Shown here in pieces: positions 54,262 to 64,000 of a stretch of 64,000 bases of DNA. Positions within the stretch are counted from its first letter, which is position 1; each line of letters opens with the position of its first letter. The stretch lies in the NCBI GenBank assembly GCA_951406725.2, contig OX597828.1, forward strand, positions 26,474,001 to 26,538,000, written 5' to 3'. The notes under the pieces were generated by a model. The model was not told the origin of the DNA, did no database searches, and saw nothing but the letters and a program-made list of their open reading frames with translations. Both the position numbers and the translations under genes were made by a program. The DNA is from Octopus vulgaris (lineage: Eukaryota).

Positions 54262-54389
54262 CACACACACATACATGTTTAATATACATATATAACTAAT
54301 CATAATATTTCTGATTAATGAAGCTGTGAAACAGTAGAAGAAATTTATTCATTACCATTCATTAATATCCAATTATTGTGTGTGTGCAT

Positions 54390-54462
<73 letters not shown>

Positions 54463-54645
54463 CTTGTGTTATGATCTTTTACTAGTTTTAGACGTTGGCC
54501 TGTGGCTATGCTGGTACACTGTACTTAAATTTTGAGTCTGGTACTTTGTCAGTCTCTTTTGCCAAATCATCAAGTCATGGGGATGTAAACAAAGGTAGAC
54601 AAAGACACTCTCAATCACATACACGAATATGTATGTGTGTGTAAG

Positions 54646-54674
<29 letters not shown>

Positions 54675-54677
<3 letters not shown>

Positions 54678-55172
54678 AGTCTATAAGGTGTGTTATGAGC
54701 ATTTATAGAACATGTATTCTATATAAACTCAACAAACAATTAATTGATGGAGAATGAGAAGATGTTAAAAGTTTATAAAATTTTAATCCATGCATATGAT
54801 CATTTCGAATGGTAACACCAACATGTATTAATTAATTATAATTAATTAAATCAATTAATTATAATTAATTTAATCTCTTCCATGTTTCTTACATGCTGGT
54901 GTTACCATTTGAAACAATCATATGCAGCATGGATTAGAATTATATAAAACTTTTAACATCTTTTCTTCTCCATCTTTAATTGTTTGTTGAGTATATATAG
55001 GAATACATGTTCTATAAATGCTCATAACACACCTTATAGTCTTGTATAATTTCCATATTATTTTTATAAAATACTTGCAATAGCAAGCTACAAATTTAAT
55101 ATGAAGAATCTTTATTAGAAATCTAACTTTGGCCCCACCAAAGTAAAACTGTTCTAACTGACCTCAAACCCA
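54675..55172 (+). mobile_element. Fold-back element 3: probable Penelope-like pLTR remnant with inverted copy
   Basis: Inverted arms 54675-54826 / ~54890-55045 around an AT palindrome. GAAATGATCATA on minus at 54795-54806 and GAAACAATCATA at 54911-54922. One-sided tail 55046-55172. Flanked by (TA)n/(CA)n. Confidence 0.65.
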
Positions 55173-55213
55173 TATATACATACACACACACACACATATA
55201 TATATATACATAT

Positions 55214-55250
<37 letters not shown>

Positions 55251-55352
55251 CATACTGGGTGCTCTCCAATGTGATGAGGGCACAGGTACTTTCTGCACAT
55301 GGTACTGGCAAGGGTACTCTTTTACGTGACACCAGCACAGGTGCTTATTACA

Positions 55353-55401
<49 letters not shown>

Positions 55402-55414
55402 TATATATATATAC

Positions 55415-55570
55415 AATGAGCTTCCAGACAGTTTCTCCTCAACCAAATTCACTCACAAAGCATTGGTTGGCCTGGGGCTATAGCAGAAGACACTTGCTCA
55501 AAGTGCTGTGCAGTGGGACTGAACCTAAAATCACATGGTTGCAAAGCAAGCTTCTTAACCACACAACCAT
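55415..55570 (-). mobile_element. Family A SINE 5' half
   Basis: CCAAATTCACTCACAAAGCATTGGTTGGCCTGGGGCTATAGCAGAAGACACTTGC..GGGACTGAACC. Confidence 0.85.
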
Positions 55571-57397
55571 ATATATATATATATATATATATGAATATAT
55601 GTATATATTTATGTACACACACACACACACACACACACACATGCATGCATGCATGTATACACCCTTCAACTTATTGCAGCTGCTTTCACAGAAAAAAAAA
55701 AATGGATATATTTTTCCACTCCCACTCCTAATTGGGAACCCTTTTTTCCCAGGACATAAATAATAACTGCAAGACAAATTCCTCAACCAAATATTGAGCT
55801 TCACTTACATTCAAGCAATCACAGCAATAACCATACTATTTATTGCCAAATATTCATTGGTAATTTCATAGCAAAAGTGAACTTTTACTTTGTTATTGAT
55901 ATAATACATATGTAGTATTTATTTATTCTTAGACAAGGAAAAAAAAAATTCCAATATAAAATGCATATAAATTAGACATCCATATTACACTCACATATAT
56001 CTGCTTGTTCCACTCTTTCCTTTTAAGCCCCCCCCCCCATCTTCTTATTTTTCTCCCTTTTTTTTTGTTGCTTTTAATGTGTTTATAAAAGGGAAACAAG
56101 AAACAGAAAGTGGATTCTGTAACAAATATTTCTTTGAAAAATAAAAATAAATAATATGAAACAAGAAGAAATGTCTGCTTTGCTACGATGGAAGGAAAAA
56201 TTAAAAGCTATCCGGAAGAAAAGTGAACTAGAACATGAAAACTAGTGGAAATATGGAATGTGCTGTTGTAATAACATTTAGCTGAACTGATATCATAGAA
56301 TATATTACCTTAAATTGTGCTTTGGATTGTTATAGGAAGCCAAATGAAAATCAGATGAGAAAATGAATGTAAAATAAGAATTACTTAGAAACCACAGATA
56401 TTAACTGCTAACAGAAACATAGAATGGGAGACTTTTATTGGTCACATGGCTTGGCAGGAATAGCAACCAAAAAGTTTTTAAATCCTGTCCAATTGTCTTA
56501 GGAGAAAAAAAAAAGAGTATAGGAGGATACGTTGGTTCATATAATCGTAGATACAGTATGTTTGAAAATAAAAAAAAAAAAAAGACAAATGAGATGGTCA
56601 AGGTTGGAAAGCCTTTGATTATAGTCATAGGTCATTATAGTCATAGTCATTGGACAAAGCTGACCTAGGGGAAGGTGCTAAACAATGATAATGAAACTAA
56701 GTAAATAATATGAAATGTTAGAGGAACAAGGGATAGCATAAACAGGGTACACAATGCAGATGACCAAGCAAAGAGGGAGGAGACCATTCCAGAGAATCCT
56801 TGTCTTGATCATTTCACTGCAAGCCATGCTGTGGGACCCCATCTTGAACAAATTGACCCCAGGCCTACTACTTGCTTTTAAGTCTGATGCTTATTTCATC
56901 GACCTCTTTTGCCAAACCATTAGGTTATGGAAACATAAACAAACAAACATTGGTTATCAAACTATGATGTGGACAGACACAAACACACACCTCTCTCTCT
57001 CTCTTTCTCTTTATATATCTATATCTACATATAGTAACAAACTGAGGAAAATGTTATATTACATTCTTAGTATACCATGTAATATTATAATATAAATAAA
57101 TTATTGGATTGTCAGTAGTATGTCTCTAATTTATCTTTATATTTATATCTATATATACAAATACACGCACAATGGGCTCCCACAGTTTCCATCTACCAAA
57201 CATACTTACAAGGTATTGGTCGGCCAAGAACAATAGTAGAAGACACTTAACCAATGTGTCATGCTCTACGAAGTTTCGAAATAAGGGTACAGTTATATCC
57301 CCTTATCACCGCATAAAAAAATCTACAAAAAAAAACTACAAACATTGACATTTATTTTCTTACACTACTTCAGTTTCAGTGTTTCATTTTCCTTTAA

Positions 57398-57587
57398 CCA
57401 TTTAGTATTTAAACCTACCATATCCAACCAGCTAGATCCAACATATCACACCTACCCTACAATGTCGTTCTAAAAATAAACATTCACATCATCGAAATCT
57501 CAAAGCTACGAGATAATGCATGATTAATTCGAAATAATGTAAATAAATAAGTGTTACATTTGAGAGGCTAATCCAAGTGTCAGCGGG
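57398..57587. mobile_element. piggyBac-type MITE, internally deleted copy
   Basis: TTAA|CCATTTAGTATTTAAAC, TCACACCTACCCTACAATGTC, ATAATGCATGATTAATTC shared with 3257-3475. Confidence 0.75.
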
Positions 57588-59422
57588 TTCGTTTGCAGGA
57601 TTGTCAATATGAAAAGTATGAAGAGGGAATATTATAAGAATCTTGATGCTTTACAATATCTTTACAATATTGATTTCTAATATGAACTGAAGGCGAAGGA
57701 TTTTTTGGTGGGAGATGGAGGGTAGCACTGACTATAACCCTGCTCTGATGATATTTGACTGGTACTTACTTTATTGAACCCAGAAAGATGAAAAGCAAAG
57801 TTCACTCAAGCAGGACATGAACTCAGAAGCGATGTTACTAAATATAGCCTCACTAATAGTATTCTCTCCACAACTCCACATATTCTGCTATTCCACTTTT
57901 CCTGATGTTTTACAATACTGAATACAAGTGTAGTGAGTTCAGTAATAATAGGAACACTGCTGGATGGGTCAATGTTAGTCTAAGAGGGGATAGGGAAGAA
58001 AGATAGAAAAAAACAAAAAAAGAAAGAATCAAAAGGAAGTGCAAAAAGAAAGACTGGGCATAAACAAATGAATGATGTTGAGAAAGAAATCAATTAGAAT
58101 ATGAAAGAGCATTGATGAATAAATCCAACCAAAGTGAGTGTATTGTAATGTAAATGAATGATTCATGGTGAGTGATGGTTGATGGAAAGTACACACACAC
58201 ATCTGAGGTAAACAAAAGACTAGGGATGAAGCAGTTAGATTAGAGGGAGGGCGGGATAGAGGGAGAGGATGATAAATGAAAAGAGACAAGACCATGCTGT
58301 AGTCATGCCAACACATGCCTGCAGTTTGCAACCAACACATGCCAACATGTGAAGAATGAACTATCAGAGATGATGATGATGATGATAATTCTACTAATGT
58401 CACGGAACTGCAGTACTATAAGAGTACTATTAGCACTTGGTAGAATTAGAATACAACTGTTTCACTTGAATTTCTCAAGCAGCATTGAATTTAGAGCCTT
58501 GATGTAGTCATTCAGAATTCAAGAAATAGCTGTTAAATTTTCCTCAAATTATCTTTAAAACAAAATGATTGAATAAGCTTGAATACATTTGATTGTGGGA
58601 TTCCTCACTCAGATGACCAAGGGCAAAACAACAACTGCTGCAAGAAGAACAAAGGGAGAGTCTCTGTATAGTAACTTGATCTGCTAGAAATAATTGCTAG
58701 GTGTCCTTCAAACCACAGCCAAGTGTCTAAAAAGATCAAAAGACACACATCATATATTACAAATGGGAGGCAGGAAAAGACAAGTTGATCATAGGTGGGT
58801 CCCGCCTTATGACCATAGGTCTACTGAGTCTGGGTTAGCCTGGGGCTAAAAATCAACCTCAGTAACTTATGTAAAAGTGCATGGCTTTTGTATCAATAGT
58901 TGTTTCTAACTTAGGCAGAAGGCCAGCAGTTTTGAGGGGATGGGAATAGTTAATGCCATTGGTTCCCAGAATATCACTGGTACTGTATTTTATCGGCCCT
59001 AAAAAGATGAATTGTAAAATTAACCTTGGTAAGATTTGAGTCCAGAATGTGAAGAGTTTGAAGAAATGCAGCAAAACATATTGTATAATGTTCTAATAAC
59101 TATGCTAGTTCACTAGTTTTAGTGTCTATAATAAATTATAATGGCAAAATTTTAAGTGATATATATATATACACACACACACACATATCTTCCCTTTGGT
59201 CTAGAGACCCCAAAATTCTTATACTTGTCTCATTTACACCTCAGCAGCTTTTTGTTGTTAACACCACCTAATTAAACAATAGTATTGATAAGGCTTGAAA
59301 ATGTGATGACTTTTGATTCATAACTGATGAGGGGTGAACATGTTCAAGTCCTTTGTGTGTTTTTTCCTGTTTGCTGTACGTTTTTTTGTTATCATACCGT
59401 GCTACATTTTACTCTATGTGTG

Positions 59423-59474
<52 letters not shown>

Positions 59475-61287
59475 TATATATACTTATATATATGAGTGTG
59501 TGTAATATGTGTGTGTGTGTGTGTGTGTGTGTTAACAGTTTTTTATCATTGCTAGTGACAATAGGCAAAGTTTATAACTTTGAGGATATGGGCTTGTACC
59601 TACCCATATAATATATCTTAATAGGAAAAGAAAAATTACAAAAGCAGAAAATATCCAGCAAAACAGCATTAATTAGTTTGGCGACATGCAATAGGATAAC
59701 AACCATGTCGACATTAGATTGCAAATGTTTATGCATGTGTGCATGTATTATATATATGTGTGTGTGTGTGTGTGTGTATCTATCTATCCATCTATCTATC
59801 TATATATATATATATATATATATAAAAGTATGTATAAAAGTGAGAAACTGTATGTGCATGTATACATCTTCATCTCTACATATATATACACACAGATATG
59901 TAGACAGTGAAGGCTAACACATACATAAGCATATACACACGTGCACAAACTATGTAAAGAAGAAATATGCACACATACACGCACACAAAGACGCACGCAT
60001 ATACACATAGGCAACATTTTATATGAGAAATGAAGGCAACAATTTGTTGTGCAAAGTGAAGAACTGTTTAGCCGAAAAGCAGGAAGAAAGCAGCCAGTGA
60101 ACCTTCTAAAAGTGTACAGAGATGACTAACATTTACAGTGAAGCTGATTATAAAAGAAAGGGGGCGCTGATGGCAAAAGAAGAGGGAGGGCAGTCAGTAT
60201 AAACAAGGAGGGGATCCCCATTGGACTATTCAATAGGAGAAGCTGCCATGGAAGAAACTAATTAAAATATGGTAGTTGGGGGGAAAAATTATTCTATTCA
60301 CAGCAACGAATTTATGGTCCAAGCAATAGTCAGATAGTAGTCTAGGAGTCAACTTCAGGTCAGATCGCATGGCAAGTTCAAAGTAGTGTTTTCTTAAGAT
60401 GATTGAAAAGCAAAAACTGCAATTCAGAACAGCTTTCTTTAGATAAAAAGCTTAATATCAATTGATTCTGAAGAGAAATTTTTAGAAATTATAGTGATAA
60501 GAAAGAAACACAACTAATATTTTCTCATTGCTCCAGCTTTTATATATATATACACACACACATATATATATATATTGTTTGTTTGTTTGTTTGTTTTTTT
60601 GTAATGTTTATTATAATTATTACGTTTTATTCTTTACTTTTTAGCTGTTTTTTTTTTTCACTAACCCACCCATTCCTATTAATATTGCTTTCTTCTTGGC
60701 ATTTTTCATATTTAAGTTGTGGAGAAGAAAAACCCAGAAATAGTTAGTTTCTGTTTCAAAACTTAAACATTATATGTATATATATATATTTACACACACA
60801 ATCTATATATATGTATGTATTTATATATTAATGTGCACGCACGCATGCACACACACACACATTACATACATGTAGTTAATAGGATAAGTTGAAAATTAAT
60901 TAAAAGAACACAAAAAAATCAGCTATCTACTTTTAAGACTTTGCTATCTAACCAATAAAAACCGAAAGAGATAGGCAGAACCAGATGAAACCTTTACTTT
61001 ATAACTTCTATAATCTGAATCCCTTGACTGTTGTGAGATGAAGCTATGTTTAGCCAACTTAAACACACACCCACACACAATTATTCAAAATGCAGTCTCC
61101 AGCAGGAGTCCATAAGAGTGCTCAATAAACTGATGTTTATAACTTTACATGAGGGAAGTTTACTAACTTTTGATAACATTGTAACGTCATTGTCATCCAT
61201 CATTTAAGTTTTGGCTGTTTTAGCATGGATTGGCAGAAGAAAGAGTACTCAATACCCTAGCAGAGATTAATGATATTTGTATAGTGG

Positions 61288-61403
61288 TGAGTCAGTCACT
61301 CGTTACGCTGAGTTTAGCCTTTGGGAGTACAGGGTCTTCAGCCAAGTTATAGAAGACCCAGTGTGCCCACAGGTGAAATTCAGAGTAATAAGTGACTAAC
61401 TCA
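61288..61403. repeat. 116-nt imperfect hairpin (~52-bp arms); MITE-like or structured RNA
   Basis: TGAGTCAGTCACTCGTTACGCTGAGTTT..GGGTCTTC, 12-nt loop, GAAGACCC..AAATTCAGAGTAATAAGTGACTAACTCA. Confidence 0.8.
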
Positions 61404-61446
<43 letters not shown>

Positions 61447-61447
61447 G

Positions 61448-61503
<56 letters not shown>

Positions 61504-62103
61504 TATTATTTGAAATGTGTGTACAATAATTTGTATTATCAACCAGCTACTTTTATCTAAAAAGCTCTTCCCCAGAGTGAACACAGAAAATAAGTGGGTT
61601 CACATTACACACACACACTGCACAATTTTTTATTAGCCAAGAATACAGCAGGAATTCCACAAGGCTGAGAGATTCATGCCAAAGCTCTAAAGTTGGTGGT
61701 CAACCCCTCCCCCCCAAAAAAAAACCGAAGGATGCTTAGATGGTGTTTTAACAGAGTATTCTAAAAATACTTAATGTTATGTGACTACACAACAGAAACT
61801 TGAAAACTTACTACTATACGATGTATTTGCTGTATGGAATATCTATATATATAAAATGGATACACACACACAGATGCAATTGAATGCATATACAGGTACG
61901 CCCAAGTGCTTGCTTAAATGAATAAGCTACGCATACACTGGTATACAGACATACATGCAATCATGGGCACACAAGTATGCATATACATATGTATGCACAA
62001 GCCCACAGTTATGTAGATGTACACACACACACACATACTTTCTTACGTGCATACCACACACAGACGCACACGTATACATGCAAAAACACACACACCTATA
62101 TTT

Positions 62104-62148
<45 letters not shown>

Positions 62149-63045
62149 CATATGAGCTTATTCCTATAAGTTAAACACATACAAATACATGTGTCTATTT
62201 TTGGCAGTATGGCATATTGAGAATATGTAGCTCATACGTAAGAGGGAAAACACTTAGAATCATATTACACATCAAAAAAATTAAAATAATTTTTTTTTTT
62301 AAATAGAAAATGAACAAAGTAAAGTAAAAATTTTAAAAAATAATAGTTAAAAAAGTACATAAAAGGGAGAGAGGTACCTATATTAAAAGTGGAGAGTAAT
62401 AAGATGAACGAGTGGAGATAAGACAGCATGGAAGCATTAAGGGGAGGATGAGTGAGGTTGAGAGGAAAGAGACAAAATGAAACAGTACACATGAATATGC
62501 ACAACATTTTATAAATATGATTGTTTGGGAGTGTGAGATTAAAGATAATACTCTACTAGTGGTGTGTTCACAAACACCACAAATGCTTAAGCATATGCAC
62601 ATAATGTGCATACATATGTATATAGATTGTGTGTGTGTGAATATAGGTGTGTTCTTGTTAATGTGTGTCAAAGCTTAACTTAGCCATTTGATAGAAATTG
62701 TTGAAAAAAAGTAGGAGACCGAAGTAAACACTAGGGTTAATATGATCAGCCGAAACTCTTGAAGTCACTCCCTACTAACCTGGTCGGAGTTGGAAAACTG
62801 ACACACACACACACACACACAAACAGCTATATATATATATATATATATACATATACACAAACACACACATGCACATATCCACTTACACACACACACACAT
62901 GTATATAGATAGACAAACAGAAATTCACAATACACTCACACGTGCACAATGCATTTTAAAGTAAGATATAAAATCAAATTATTAGTAATATTATCATTCC
63001 TGTTAATCATCACTTTATAATTATTCTATTGGAAAAGAAAAAGAG

Positions 63046-63051
63046 ATGATG

Positions 63052-63120
<69 letters not shown>

Positions 63121-63125
63121 TAATA
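63046..63125. repeat. (AAT)n microsatellite
   Basis: Seen directly in the sequence. Confidence 0.95.
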
Positions 63126-64000
63126 AACTATAAATAGTTATGATATAGTCATATAGCAAACACAGAACAAACCAGGGAGTGAAACAGGGAATGTAATCAG
63201 CTAATTGGCCAGTGATGAAGTCGACGAGTAAAGTGTAAATATTAACACATTACTATGATAAACTTTGTCTCATGCAAATAATGAACTCAGTGAAGCTAAA
63301 TGAGGAGTGGGGGTGGGGGGAGAAAAAAACAACAACAACAACAAAGAAACAAAACCGTGAATCAGAGAAGAGTTATGGAAATGATAAATCTGTCTAGAAA
63401 TGATAGAGTGAACCAAACGCACCCAATTTCAGCCATCTCCAAATATATGTAAAAACAATGATCGCTAAAACAACAAAAACAACAACAACAACAACAAGGA
63501 CGTTGCCTTTCTTTCTTTTTTTTTTTTTTAAATATATATTCTATATTGGTAACATGATTGAATAACTTTCTAATTTGTGTATATGTGTGTGTGTATTTTG
63601 AAACTTTTTTTTTTTTTTATCATAGAAAGAAAGCAACAGAGTGCTATTGTTGTTGTTGTATGTCTGAACAACCCATGTCAATTCTGATCGAGTAGTTTTG
63701 TGGCAGCAGTTTCCAAATATATTTTGTCACAGAGGCTGTCTATTTCCCACTGAAATCCAGAAACCAGAATCATATTTCAGACAAGTGCTGTCCCTCTAAT
63801 TTTAAAAAGACATTAAATGAAACTTAAGTTTATTTCAGAAAGAGAATTTATTCATTTAAATTTATTCATCCCCTAATTCCTGCTCATCTCCTAACATAAA
63901 ACTGACCCTACTTCCTTGGGGTTCATAGTTTTGTGAGCTGCAGAACAACCTCAAGAGAACTGATGGCATGGGGGGAAAAAAAAGTAACCAGTACACTCTG

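Overview
This is AT-rich, microsatellite-saturated animal non-coding DNA. The SINE families seen (tRNA-headed CORE-like, Meta-domain, and RTE-tailed) and the repeat landscape strongly suggest an octopus or other coleoid cephalopod genome, most likely a large intron or intergenic region. No intact protein-coding gene can be supported: nearly all ORFs in the track are translations of (TA)n/(CA)n/(TATC)n/(AAT)n tracts or SINEs. The window holds many SINE copies, RTE-LINE fragments, TTAA-flanked piggyBac-type MITEs and several local duplications. The most interesting signal is three sequence-unrelated fold-back elements (5919-6693, 32270-32747, 54675-55172) that share one architecture. Each sits in (TA)n-rich tracts, forms a long inverted repeat with a one-sided 100-160 bp tail, and carries GAAA-[6-nt palindrome]-TA, the 3' half of a minimal hammerhead ribozyme typical of Penelope-like element pLTRs. 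One copy (32400-32487, minus strand) retains a complete type-I hammerhead with an unusually long stem II. All alignments were done by eye, so coordinates of degenerate repeats are approximate and family names are tentative.
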